Shown: positions 1 through 8,497, counted from the stretch's first letter. The stretch is DNA of 24,000 bases from Fretibacterium sp. (GCA_024695065.1 JAILIX010000074.1:24459-48458); one strand, 5' to 3'. The notes: a model not told the origin generated them from the letters alone. Program-made: numbers and translations.

Positions 1-32
1 GCGGGGGAAAGGGGAGAAATTTCTCAGTTATC

Positions 33-62
33 AAAAAGCCCCCGTCGCACCGCCGGCGGGGG
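33..62. terminator. Possible intrinsic-terminator hairpin, orientation ambiguous
   Basis: Inverted repeat CCCCCG (39-44) / CGGGGG (57-62). It is preceded by AAAAA (33-37), so the minus strand reads hairpin + CTTTTTG. On the plus strand a T-rich run begins only about 9 nt after the stem. Confidence 0.3.
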
Positions 63-190
63 AGCATTGCTTTTATTTTAACCCAAAGGGGCTGGAATTT
101 GAAACCCCGGCGCTTTTAATGCGGCGCGCTGCCCAGACAGCGTTGTAAAATAAAGAGGACAGGACAGATTAAACGAAGGAGGACTCTTCC

Positions 191-448
191 ATGGAGAAAA
201 CAGAAGGGCCTGTAATCAAACGGGCAGTGCTTCAGCGGGCGCGCTCCGGGGGCGGGAAATGGGTTGTTCGGGTATTGGTGTCCCCGCCGCCCGAGGCAGC
301 TCAGCTTGAGGATTTGGCCCGGGAGGTGCGCAAGGCCCTCGGTACGGGCGCCCGGGTCGGGGATGGGGCCCTGCTCGTTCAGGGAGATATCCCCGACCGC
401 GTGGAGGACTGGCTCAGAAAGCGCGGTGTCCCTAAAATCGTCCGGTAG
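191..448 (+). CDS. yciH: SUI1/eIF1-domain protein (YciH family), short 85-aa form
   Basis: GAAGGAGG lies 8 nt upstream of the ATG. The product aligns by eye with E. coli YciH over the SUI1 core: '...LQRARSGGGKWVVRVL...LEDLAREVRKALGTGARVGDGALLVQGDIPDRVEDWLRKRG' versus 'IQRQTSGRKGKGVCLI...LTKLAAELKKKCGCGGAVKDGVIEIQGDKRDLLKSLLEAKG'. Confidence 0.8.
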   Translation: MEKTEGPVIKRAVLQRARSGGGKWVVRVLVSPPPEAAQLEDLAREVRKALGTGARVGDGALLVQGDIPDRVEDWLRKRGVPKIVR

Positions 449-455
449 ACAAAAA

Positions 456-1556
456 TCAAACGTTGAAGCGTATTTCAATCATGTCGCCGTCGTGCACGAC
501 ATACTCCTTGCCCTCCAGACGGAGAACGCCCTTATCCCGGCAGGCGGGCAGGGAGGCCCCGCTGGCGATGAAGTCGTCATAGGCGACCACCTGAGCCCGA
601 ATGAATCCCCGCGCCAGGTCCGAGTGAATGGTCCCCGCCGCGTCCACGGCCGTCTCGCCGTCGTGGAGCGTCCAGGCCCGAACCTCGTCGGAGCCGCTGG
701 TAAAGAAGGAAATAAGCCCAAGCAGGCTGTAGGCCTCGTGAATCAGACGGTCGCGGCCCGGCTCCGTGATGGAGAGGTCCTTCATGAATTCTTCCTGCTC
801 CGCCGGCTCAAGCTGCGCCAGCTCCATCTCGATGGAGCCGAAAACCCGGACGACCTTCAGTCCCTTCTCCTTCATGGCGGCCTCCAGCGGCGCGGCAACG
901 GGGAGCGCTGGATCTGTCTGCGTCTCGTCCAGGTTCAGAACCACCAGCTCCGGCTTCAGGGTCAGGAAGGCAAAGCCGGAGAGGGCACGCTTCTGCTCCT
1001 CTGTCAGGGAATATTCCCGCAGGGGGCGCTCATCCATCAGATGATCCTGGAGCGCATGGAGGAGGTCCGCCTCCGCGTTCTCCGCGGGGGTGGTCTTCTT
1101 CTTCGCGGCCTTTTCCTCAAGACGGGCCAGACGGTTGCCGATGACGCCCAGGTCCCGGTAAATCAGCTCCGTCTCGACAATCTTCCAGTCGCGCAGCGGG
1201 TCAATGCTCTCCTCCGGGTGGGGGACCGAGGCGTTGTTGAAGGCGCGCACCACGTGCAGCAGCGCGTCTGACTCCGACACGAAGGACAAAAAGGAGTTGC
1301 CCAGCCCAGCGCCCTTGCTGGCGTCGCGGGAGAGTCCGGCGAGGTCCACAAACTCCACCTCAGCGGGCTTCTCGCTCCGGGGGGTGAATATCTCGACCAG
1401 TCTGTCAAAGCGTTTATCCGGCACGCCGACCAGCGCCCGGTTCGGCTCGGTCTTGCCGCCGGCGTAGGGCTTGACCTCCGCTCCTGCCCGCGTGATGACA
1501 TTAAACACCGTGGACTTGCCTGACAGGGGCAGGCCGACGATTCCGCATTTCAGCAA
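456..1556 (-). CDS. ychF: Ribosome-binding ATPase YchF (Obg-like GTPase family)
   Basis: N-terminal P-loop 'GIVGLPLSGKST' and C-terminal TGS-like 'EGKEYVVHDGDMIEIRFNV'. The ORF track extends to a TTG at 1583. I prefer the TTG at 1556, giving MLKCGIVGLP, because GGAGGGG lies 6 nt upstream and YchF proteins normally start just before the P-loop strand. Confidence 0.9.
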   Translation of the reverse strand: MLKCGIVGLPLSGKSTVFNVITRAGAEVKPYAGGKTEPNRALVGVPDKRFDRLVEIFTPRSEKPAEVEFVDLAGLSRDASKGAGLGNSFLSFVSESDALLHVVRAFNNASVPHPEESIDPLRDWKIVETELIYRDLGVIGNRLARLEEKAAKKKTTPAENAEADLLHALQDHLMDERPLREYSLTEEQKRALSGFAFLTLKPELVVLNLDETQTDPALPVAAPLEAAMKEKGLKVVRVFGSIEMELAQLEPAEQEEFMKDLSITEPGRDRLIHEAYSLLGLISFFTSGSDEVRAWTLHDGETAVDAAGTIHSDLARGFIRAQVVAYDDFIASGASLPACRDKGVLRLEGKEYVVHDGDMIEIRFNV

Positions 1557-1666
1557 GGAAATCCCCTCCGTACGATCTCGCAAATTTATCTGACAAGCAG
1601 CAAAGCTGCAACTCTATCGCTGAAAATTGCAGGTGCGCCTTGCATTATTTTACATTTTACCACGGG

Positions 1667-1807
1667 GAGAGCCGCATCCGCGACGCAAACATGGCTAAAG
1701 AGATGATGGCCTTCTCCAGACTCCAGATTATCCTTCAGGCTGGGAACAGCATGCTGGCTCAGACCAACCAGCTTCCGCAGAATACGCTGAGTCTGGTAAC
1801 GTGCTGA
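1667..1807 (+). pseudogene. Orphan flagellin C-terminal (D0 helix) fragment
   Basis: The frame ending at TGA 1805-1807 reads 'ESRIRDANMAKEMMAFSRLQIILQAGNSMLAQTNQLPQNTLSLVTC*'. The Salmonella FliC C-terminus is '[44 protein letters not shown]'. No flagellin N-terminal or central region lies upstream, because the ychF start is about 110 nt away. The internal ATG at 1691 gives only a 38-aa ORF. Confidence 0.75.
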
Positions 1808-2105
1808 GTCTGGTGAGACAGCCCTTCATCGGCGAAAACAGCAGAAGAAGGCCCGGAGTCTGCTGTCAGGGTTCCTCAGACATCCCGGATGAGGCGGTGC
1901 GTGAACAGGAACTGTGTCCGCTCAGGAACAGCCCGGATGTCTTTGAGAAGTTTCTGCTTTCCATGGACCGAACCCTTATCCCGGATTTTAACGGTGTCCG
2001 CAGCCGGAACACTGCGGACTTCCATTGGGAGGGAAAATATCCCGCCGGATGCTTGCCCGCCGGGCCATGGCTGTTGTATCCTATGCTTGAGAGGAGTGTG
2101 AGGCC

Positions 2106-2603
2106 ATGAAACGCAGCGCGGTTTATCCCGGCTCGTTCGACCCCATCACGAATGGACATATCTACATCACCGAGCGGGCCGCCGCCATCTTTGACGAGGT
2201 GAAGGTCAGCGTTCTGGTCAACCTGCAGAAGAAATCCACCTTCAGCGTGGAGGAACGGTGCGCCATGGCAAGGGAGGCCCTGAGCCATCTGCCCAATGTG
2301 ACGGTGGATTATTTTGAGGGGCTGCTGGTCGACTATGTGAGGCAGACACGGTCGCGGGTCATTATCCGCGGACTGCGCGCCATGTCGGACTTTGAGTACG
2401 AGTTCCAGATGGCGCTGATGAACCGCCAGCTTGCTCCGGAGATCGAGACCTTCTTCATTGTGACCGACCCCAAATACTCCTATATCTCCAGCAGCAGCGT
2501 CCGTGAGATTTTCCAGTTTGGGGGAACGGTGCAGGATGTGGTGCCGCCTGTGGTATTCCAGCGTCTGAGGGAGCGCTTTCCCGCCCGCCTGGCGCAGCAA
2601 TGA
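2106..2603 (+). CDS. coaD: Phosphopantetheine adenylyltransferase
   Basis: N-terminus 'AVYPGSFDPITNGH' is the nucleotidyltransferase H/TxGH motif. The 165-aa length is typical and 'ISSSSVREI' lies near the C-terminus. GAGAGGAG RBS is upstream. Confidence 0.95.
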   Translation: MKRSAVYPGSFDPITNGHIYITERAAAIFDEVKVSVLVNLQKKSTFSVEERCAMAREALSHLPNVTVDYFEGLLVDYVRQTRSRVIIRGLRAMSDFEYEFQMALMNRQLAPEIETFFIVTDPKYSYISSSSVREIFQFGGTVQDVVPPVVFQRLRERFPARLAQQ

Positions 2604-3211
2604 CCGCTTTGCCGCAAAACTTCTATCTGGCGGACACCGCAGCCGTTGCCCGCAAACTTCTGGGGCAGGTGCTGGTCCACGAGTCTGCCGGGGGAAGGGC
2701 GGCAGGGATTATTGTGGAAACTGAGGCTTATAAGGGCCGGACGGACGCCGCCTGCCACTCCGCCGGGCTGGACGCGCCCCGGCCGGGCCACCGCACTGAG
2801 GTGATGTTCCGCGCCGGAGGGTGTGCTTACGTCTATCTGATTTATGGAATGTACTGCTGCTTCAACGTGGTGACAAGGCCGGCGGGCGTCGCTGAGGCGG
2901 TGTTGATCCGTGCACTGGAGCCCACAGAGGGACTTGATGTGATGAGGACGCGCCGTCGCGTGGAGGGGGAACGCCAGCTCTGCAGCGGACCGGGGAAGCT
3001 CTGTCAGGCCCTGGGGATTACCCGGGCGGAAAATGGCTTTGACCTGACCTCCGGCCCTCTGCGAATCCTCAGGGGCAAGGCCGTTCCTGACTCCAAAGTG
3101 GCCGTCACGCCGCGCATCAATGTGGACTACGCCGGGGCGGACGCGCTTCTGCCTTACCGGTTTGTGGTGAAGGACAGCCGTTTTCTCAGCAGAGCTTTCA
3201 GTCAGCGTTGA
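2600..3211 (+). CDS. mpg: DNA-3-methyladenine glycosylase (Mpg/AAG family)
   Basis: ATGA start/stop overlap with coaD. Family hallmarks are present: 'FY..DT..VARKLLGQVLV', 'GIIVETEAYKG..DAACHS', 'MF..GG.AYVYLIYGMYCCFNVV'. Confidence 0.9.
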   Translation: MTALPQNFYLADTAAVARKLLGQVLVHESAGGRAAGIIVETEAYKGRTDAACHSAGLDAPRPGHRTEVMFRAGGCAYVYLIYGMYCCFNVVTRPAGVAEAVLIRALEPTEGLDVMRTRRRVEGERQLCSGPGKLCQALGITRAENGFDLTSGPLRILRGKAVPDSKVAVTPRINVDYAGADALLPYRFVVKDSRFLSRAFSQR

Positions 3212-4013
3212 TGGGAGCCGTAGGGGATGTCCGGGGCTTTCCCCTGCCCTCCTGACGGGTGAACAGCGCCGTTGCGTGGCCGGTGGTGCGTTCGGAGGGC
3301 CCCCTGATAAAATCGGCGGAGTTGCTGCGTTCCAAAATCTCAGCGCGGGTAAGCCCCAGACGCTTCATCAGCATCAGGAAGAGCCGCGCCCCCCTCGGAC
3401 AGTCAATGTCCGCATCGTTCAGCGCCGCAAGGCGGAAATTTTGAATCTGTTCAAGGCTCCGGGCGTCCTCGGCATCAGATTGCTCCCGCGGCTTGTAGTG
3501 GGATAAATCCATGCTGAGAAGGACAAGGCTGTCCCCGTCCCGCAGCAGTTCCTCCAGAGCCTGGCACATGCGCAAAACCTGCAGATCCGTTGCGGAGGAC
3601 CTGACGATGATGGACAGGACGGACGTCCCGGGAAAGAATTTTGCGATACGTGGAATATGCTCTGTGATGCAGTGGTCGCGGCGGGCAACCTCGTCCTGGC
3701 GGAAAAGACCAGCAGCCTTCGCGCCCTCAGCGTCCCCGCGAAGAAGGTTTTCCCTGCCCCAGTCCGACGCGCCGGCGACGATGTTCCGCTTCGCCCGGTG
3801 GAAATGGTCCGGCCCAATGACGATAACGCGCCGGGGGCGCGGATTTATGGATTGGATACGGGCATAGAGACGATCAATCAGGGCTCCGGCCACACCGTGA
3901 TGCGGCGTCAGGGCTCCCACCACCCCGCCGCAGCAGGGCAGGGCGAAAAAGAAAAGGGCGGCGGCAAGCGCCGCCGTCCTCATCCTGAACAGACTACTGA
4001 TACAGTTTCTCAT
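3198..4013 (-). CDS. Memo-like protein (AmmeMemoRadiSam protein B family) with hydrophobic signal-like N-terminus
   Basis: Memo-family motif positions are present: 'TPHHGVAG' (PHAGY-like), 'VIVIGPDHF', 'DHCITEHIPRIAKFFP' (EHS..PFL-like), 'LLSMDLSHY' and 'NSADF....TTGHATALF'. The start may instead be the ATG at 3983 (MRTAALAAALFFFALPCCGG). The 3' end overlaps mpg convergently by 14 nt. Confidence 0.7.
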   Translation of the reverse strand: MRNCISSLFRMRTAALAAALFFFALPCCGGVVGALTPHHGVAGALIDRLYARIQSINPRPRRVIVIGPDHFHRAKRNIVAGASDWGRENLLRGDAEGAKAAGLFRQDEVARRDHCITEHIPRIAKFFPGTSVLSIIVRSSATDLQVLRMCQALEELLRDGDSLVLLSMDLSHYKPREQSDAEDARSLEQIQNFRLAALNDADIDCPRGARLFLMLMKRLGLTRAEILERSNSADFIRGPSERTTGHATALFTRQEGRGKPRTSPTAPINAD

Positions 4014-6468
4014 TCCAGGCAGGCAGGAACTCCGTCAGGTCCTCTCCGCCGTAAACCTTTGCCTTCCACTCATCATCGTTCATACGGCGTTCCAGCATGG
4101 GGCCGACGAAGGTGTAGTAGGAGTACATGAAGCCCTCCGTCACGCGGAAGCCGCCGGACTTGTCGTTGACATAGACGTGGATTTTGCGCGGCGCGCCTGT
4201 GGCCATGTAGAGAACGCTTCCCTTCTCAGCATCCGTGGCTACGTCTGCCACCAGCGCCATTTTGAGCATATTCTGCCCCGTTTCGCCCATCACTTCATAG
4301 ATGTCCTCCGGCAGCACGGACGGCAGTTTGAAGTTCAAAACGGTCTGGAAATCATCGTAGGTCATCGTGTCATCCCTGGCCCGGCCGGCGATGCCGGACA
4401 GGGTCTCCATGCTCTCGGCAAACTCCGTCAGTCTGGTGCGGTAGTGCTCCTCAACGTATTCGTTCTCGTCGGGCAGAAGCGGCTTCAGTGTCTTCGCCAG
4501 ATCGCGGGCCACTGACGCCAGGGCGTCGAACAGCTCCGGCACAGGCTCAACATACCCGCGCGGGATGGGAAGTTCAAAGGGGCCTGCCACCAGTGTGCCG
4601 CCGCCCTCGCCCATCTCCGCGCCGCTCTGCTCCGCGTAGAGGATGGTGTCGTGCTTGAGTTCCGTCATGTTTGCCTCGGCTGTCATCAGTTTCTTGTAAC
4701 TCCAGGCCGGCGTGCCTGCGAAGAACTGACTGGAACCCTTTGACGCAAAATACGTTCTCAGGGCCGACAGAATGGATGTGTAGACATTCGCCCCGTCGTC
4801 GGCCCCGGACCAGGAAGGCCACATCCCGATGAGCTTCTTCTGGTTGTCCTCGTAGCTCTTAAAACTGCTGTACTGTTTGACCTCGTCCTGGGCGGGCTTT
4901 GAGCCCAGCACGGCCATCACGTCCAGCGGGTCCGGCAGGGTGCGGTTCTGCGTGGCCGGATGCGTGAGCGTGTGGAAAATGAACGCGTCAAAGGTTACGC
5001 GCCGGGGCAGAAGGGCGAATTTCTTGCCGGCGAGCTTCTGAATGACACTGCCCTTCCCGGCCTTGTCCAGTGCCTCCATCAGGGCCTTCACCCTGTCCGG
5101 CTTGCCAAGATCCGCAAGCTTGAAGGGCCTGAGCGCCTTTGACAGCGCCTCGGGAGAGTTGACGTTGGAACCGCCTACGAGCGTTGTGATGGGGTCGTAG
5201 AGCGCGCGCCAGCGTTTCTGCACCGCCGGAGCGGTGAGGAGCTTGTTGAGGATGAGCGTCGCCGCCGCGCCGGTCTCACTGTCCAGAGGCCAGCCTGTTC
5301 CCAGCAGGTATGTCGCACGGAAGTAGGCCTTCAGGTCGTCGTTCAGCGTGTAGTGTCCCCTGGGCCCGAAGAGACTGAAGTCCTGAGGCAGTTCCGTGAA
5401 GGGGTTGGCCCCCGCGCCTTCGCCGCTCATAACGCCCTGGGCGAAGTCCTGAACGTCCCCGGGAAGCTCCGAGCCGCCGTTCGTGATGAGGTGCAGAGCC
5501 AGAGCCAGGAATCCGGACACCTTTCCTCTGGCCTTTTTTTCCAGTTCCGAGGCGGGCTTGGGCTGTTTCTTCAGTGCGTCTCTCATGGCTGTTACCAGGT
5601 CCGCTGTACGTGAGACCAGAGCCTTCTCCTCGACCTTCTGAAGCGCGCGGTCAAAGTACAGATGAAGGGCGTGAAGCGGCAGGTCCGCCGTGATGAACTT
5701 CGGCGTGTGTATATTCATGTCCCCATAGAGGTCCACCATGTCGTCCTCACGCAGAAATTCCGGGATAATGGGGGAGGGGGCGACATAAAAGCCATTTTTC
5801 AGCAGGAACTTTTTCACATCGCCGTCGACGGAGTCAGGCAGGTTCTCCTCCTCCACCCGGGAGAGCTCCGGCTTCGATGCGGCCAGATCCCGCAGATCCG
5901 CTTCCGGCAGCCACGCACACCGGCGGTCTGATCCTGCGAAGTCCGCATCCACACCCTCCGGCCTCTCGTCAGAAGAGAAATTTGTGCTGAAGACACAGAG
6001 AATCCACGAGGCGCCGTCTGCCTCGGCCCGGCCCTCTGCCATGACAACGGCGCCGCGGGGCAGGGTGAATTTGGAGTAATCCGACACGGGGCACTTTCCC
6101 GGCAGAAGATGGGGAATCAGTCCCTCTGTCAGGACCTGAAATGGCCGGGCCTCCAACGCCTTATACTTCGGCATGGGGGTCAGCAGCGCAAGCTCGACGA
6201 GACCATTGACGCCCTCTCCCTCCAGGGAAAGCCAGCCCTTCCTCTTTGCCGGTGCGCCCTCCACAACGTCGCCATAGGCCAGTGCGGAGCACTCCATCTC
6301 CTCCGGAATCACCACCCAGCCGCCCTCAGGGGCCGCCTTGGTTTTTGAGAAATCCTCAAAAATGGGGGCCAGCCGTCCGGTGACAACGTACTTCTGCGCT
6401 GCCGCCGCCGTTCCGCAAAGAGCGAGGAGAAGCAGCCCCGCTGCCACAATGCCTGACAACCTTTTCAT
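3994..6468 (-). CDS. Large exported protein, DUF3160-like
   Basis: I prefer the ATG at 6468 (MKRLSGIVAAGLLLLALCGTAAAAQ, a signal peptide) with GGAGG 9 nt upstream; the track start at 6513 lacks both. The central region ('KNGFYV', 'PKFITADLPLHALHLYFDRAL', 'FGPRGHYT') matches my memory of DUF3160. The assignment is unverified. Confidence 0.65.
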   Translation of the reverse strand: MKRLSGIVAAGLLLLALCGTAAAAQKYVVTGRLAPIFEDFSKTKAAPEGGWVVIPEEMECSALAYGDVVEGAPAKRKGWLSLEGEGVNGLVELALLTPMPKYKALEARPFQVLTEGLIPHLLPGKCPVSDYSKFTLPRGAVVMAEGRAEADGASWILCVFSTNFSSDERPEGVDADFAGSDRRCAWLPEADLRDLAASKPELSRVEEENLPDSVDGDVKKFLLKNGFYVAPSPIIPEFLREDDMVDLYGDMNIHTPKFITADLPLHALHLYFDRALQKVEEKALVSRTADLVTAMRDALKKQPKPASELEKKARGKVSGFLALALHLITNGGSELPGDVQDFAQGVMSGEGAGANPFTELPQDFSLFGPRGHYTLNDDLKAYFRATYLLGTGWPLDSETGAAATLILNKLLTAPAVQKRWRALYDPITTLVGGSNVNSPEALSKALRPFKLADLGKPDRVKALMEALDKAGKGSVIQKLAGKKFALLPRRVTFDAFIFHTLTHPATQNRTLPDPLDVMAVLGSKPAQDEVKQYSSFKSYEDNQKKLIGMWPSWSGADDGANVYTSILSALRTYFASKGSSQFFAGTPAWSYKKLMTAEANMTELKHDTILYAEQSGAEMGEGGGTLVAGPFELPIPRGYVEPVPELFDALASVARDLAKTLKPLLPDENEYVEEHYRTRLTEFAESMETLSGIAGRARDDTMTYDDFQTVLNFKLPSVLPEDIYEVMGETGQNMLKMALVADVATDAEKGSVLYMATGAPRKIHVYVNDKSGGFRVTEGFMYSYYTFVGPMLERRMNDDEWKAKVYGGEDLTEFLPAWNEKLYQ

Positions 6469-6516
6469 CAGAAAATGCCTCCTTAAATTATGGATAGTTT
6501 CTGGCTTATTCAACGC

Positions 6517-6525
6517 TGATATGAT
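6517..6525 (+). promoter_or_regulatory. Candidate extended -10 element (TGaTATGAT) for the TMEM43-like gene
   Basis: TG-a-TATGAT at 6517-6525 lies in the 110-bp divergent spacer, about 55 nt upstream of the GTG at 6579. No convincing -35 is present. Confidence 0.3.
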
Positions 6526-6578
6526 AACATAAATTGTGTTCGAAGTTCTCAGTAAAAAAATCAGGAGGCGTATTTAAA

Positions 6579-7787
6579 GTGGCGTACACAGAAACAACGA
6601 CGACGGGATGGGGCGAACGTCTTGGCAACTCGATTAAGGGGATTGTCACAGGGCTCGTCCTCATCGTGGTGGGAACAGTGCTGCTGTGGTGGAACGAGGG
6701 CAGGACGTTCAAGACCGCCGGGGCCATCGGCGAGGCGCAGATGCTGGCCGAGGATGTGGCGGATATCAGCAAAGCAGACCCGGCGCTTTCAGGCAAGGTT
6801 ATCCATGCCACAGGCCATGCGGACACGAAGGACGTGCTGCGCGATCCTATTTTTGGCATTGAGACGACGGCTATCCGGCTGGAGCGCGAGGTGGAGTACT
6901 ATCAGTGGGAGGAGGAATCCCAATCTGAGACGCGCAAGAAGCTGGGCGGCGGTGAGGAGACCGTTACGACCTATACCTACAAGCAGGACTGGAACTCCAG
7001 CCCCATCGACTCCGGTTCCTTCCACGATCCGAGATATCGGGGCGTCAACACTGTTTTAGCCAACATTGAGGATGAATCGCAGTGGGCTCCCCATGTCACC
7101 TTTGGGGCTTACACGCTGCCGGACAGCCTGAAGCACAGCATCAGCGGAGCCATGCCCATGACCCTCACGAGCGTGGATGCCGTGGCCGTCACGGGGACCT
7201 TCAACATCACTCCCGACAACGACTCATGGCGCCTCTACTACGGCAACGTCTCTGCGGACAAACTGATTCATGTGTCCGGCAGTACGGTTTACCTGGGCCG
7301 TGAGCCGGGCAGCCCGAAGGTCGGGGATGTGCGCATCACATTCAAGCAGGTCCCGCCGGCGGATGTCTCCATTATCGCCAGAGTCATCCGGGATACCTTT
7401 GAGCCCTACATTGCCACCAATGGCTACACCTTCATCCGTCTGGACATGGGGACGGTGAGCAAGGAACAGATGTTTGCGGACGCGAAGAGCGGCAATAACT
7501 TCATGGCCTGGGTTCTTCGCCTTATTGGTCTCCTTGTTGTCGCCGCAGGCATCGGTGCGGTGCTCTCTCCGCTGTCTGTGCTGGCTGACGTCATCCCGCT
7601 GCTGGGAGACATTGTGGGGGCGGGCGTGAGCCTCGTTGCTTTCCTGCTGGGCCTGGCGTGGTCCTGCATCGTTATCGCCGTGGCATGGGTGCGGTTCCGG
7701 CCCATTGTGGCGGGGTGCCTGCTGGCGGCGGCGGCTGTGCTGATCGGCTTCCTGTTCCTGAAGGGCCGCAGAAAGACGGCGCAGTAG
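6579..7787 (+). CDS. TMEM43/DUF1625-family membrane protein
   Basis: Matches are 'GWGERLGNSIKG', an N-terminal TM followed by 'WWNEGR', 'EREVEYYQWEEE', and a C-terminal cluster of hydrophobic helices. I prefer the GTG at 6579 (M/VAYTETTT), which has AGGAGG 10 nt upstream and is in frame with the track start at 6534. Confidence 0.8.
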   Translation: MAYTETTTTGWGERLGNSIKGIVTGLVLIVVGTVLLWWNEGRTFKTAGAIGEAQMLAEDVADISKADPALSGKVIHATGHADTKDVLRDPIFGIETTAIRLEREVEYYQWEEESQSETRKKLGGGEETVTTYTYKQDWNSSPIDSGSFHDPRYRGVNTVLANIEDESQWAPHVTFGAYTLPDSLKHSISGAMPMTLTSVDAVAVTGTFNITPDNDSWRLYYGNVSADKLIHVSGSTVYLGREPGSPKVGDVRITFKQVPPADVSIIARVIRDTFEPYIATNGYTFIRLDMGTVSKEQMFADAKSGNNFMAWVLRLIGLLVVAAGIGAVLSPLSVLADVIPLLGDIVGAGVSLVAFLLGLAWSCIVIAVAWVRFRPIVAGCLLAAAAVLIGFLFLKGRRKTAQ

Positions 7788-7857
7788 CAGGGAAAATAAA
7801 CAATGGGGCTCAGGAACATGGGCCCCGTTTACTCAACTAAAGGGGGGTAATATCGCA

Positions 7858-8478
7858 ATGAAAAAGCTTTTCACCTATGTGCCCTGTAAGGTCGTTGCAG
7901 CATTGGCCATGCTGCTGGCGGTTATGTCGGCGGGGTGTGCCTCGGCAGATCCCAAGATTTCTTTCACAGTCTACCAGTGCTTGGCCTGCGATAAGCTGTT
8001 CCAGAGCTTCCCCGGTGACCAGCTTGAAAGAAAAGAGTTCAGGAAGGGTGATGAGCAGCTTAAACGCGTGTTCCAGTTCGGCAACAGGGGGAAAAACTTT
8101 CCTCCGTGCAGAAAGTTTAAGTATCATATCTTCGAGAAAAAGGGAACGAACTCCACAGGCCTGAGCACTCTGAGCAAATCCAGCATGGCTGAGAACGTTG
8201 CGGTTGTGCGGGACGGCGGTTCTCTCAGCGGGATTACCCTGACGGAATGGGAGTGTGTGTACTGCAAAAAACATTTCTACTCCCTGAATAACGAGAACCT
8301 CAACATCCGGGACTGGGAACGTCAGAGGAGCTATCTCTTCAACCTGAAGGGGCGTCCCATCCCCGAGTGCTCAGCCAGAGATGTCTGGGGGCATATCTTC
8401 TATCCCAAAAAGACGTCGTCTGTGAAGTCCTACGAACTGGCTGTCATCGTCAACGACCTCTACTGGGTCAAGAACTGA
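7858..8478 (+). CDS. Exported protein, paralogue A, with two CxxC...C-x6-H modules (unknown family)
   Basis: Signal or lipoprotein-like N-terminus 'ALAMLLAVMSAGC'. Modules are 'YQCLACDKLF...PPCRKFKYHIF' and 'WECVYCKKHF...PECSARDVWGHIF'. It is clearly paralogous to the next ORF. Confidence 0.75.
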   Translation: MKKLFTYVPCKVVAALAMLLAVMSAGCASADPKISFTVYQCLACDKLFQSFPGDQLERKEFRKGDEQLKRVFQFGNRGKNFPPCRKFKYHIFEKKGTNSTGLSTLSKSSMAENVAVVRDGGSLSGITLTEWECVYCKKHFYSLNNENLNIRDWERQRSYLFNLKGRPIPECSARDVWGHIFYPKKTSSVKSYELAVIVNDLYWVKN

Positions 8479-8497
8479 GCGGAAAGGGGATAGTGAC

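Noticed and set aside
264-1271. 335-aa plus-strand ORF
   Set aside because: It is antisense to the well-supported ychF gene. Its Arg/Gly/Leu-rich composition is typical of a shadow ORF in GC-rich DNA, and it has no RBS or recognisable motif.
1801-2109. 102-aa plus-strand ORF ending in an ATGA overlap with coaD, considered as a possible real gene such as an rsmD remnant
   Set aside because: It has no methyltransferase or other motif, no convincing RBS, and a GTG start inside the duplicated flagellin-tail sequence. I kept it only as part of the flagellin-remnant finding.
1866-2600. 244-aa minus-strand ORF
   Set aside because: It is antisense to coaD, which has unambiguous motifs, so it is a shadow ORF.
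3198-4013. A complete AmmeMemoRadiSam system
   Set aside because: Only the Memo-like member is present. No AMMECR1-domain or radical SAM (CxxxCxxC) ORF is adjacent.
7805-7830. GGGGC-N12-GCCCC + GTTT after the TMEM43-like gene, considered as a terminator
   Set aside because: The stem is only 5 bp with a 12-nt loop and a 3-T tract, which is too weak to call. It therefore stays open whether the TMEM43-like gene is co-transcribed with the downstream cluster.
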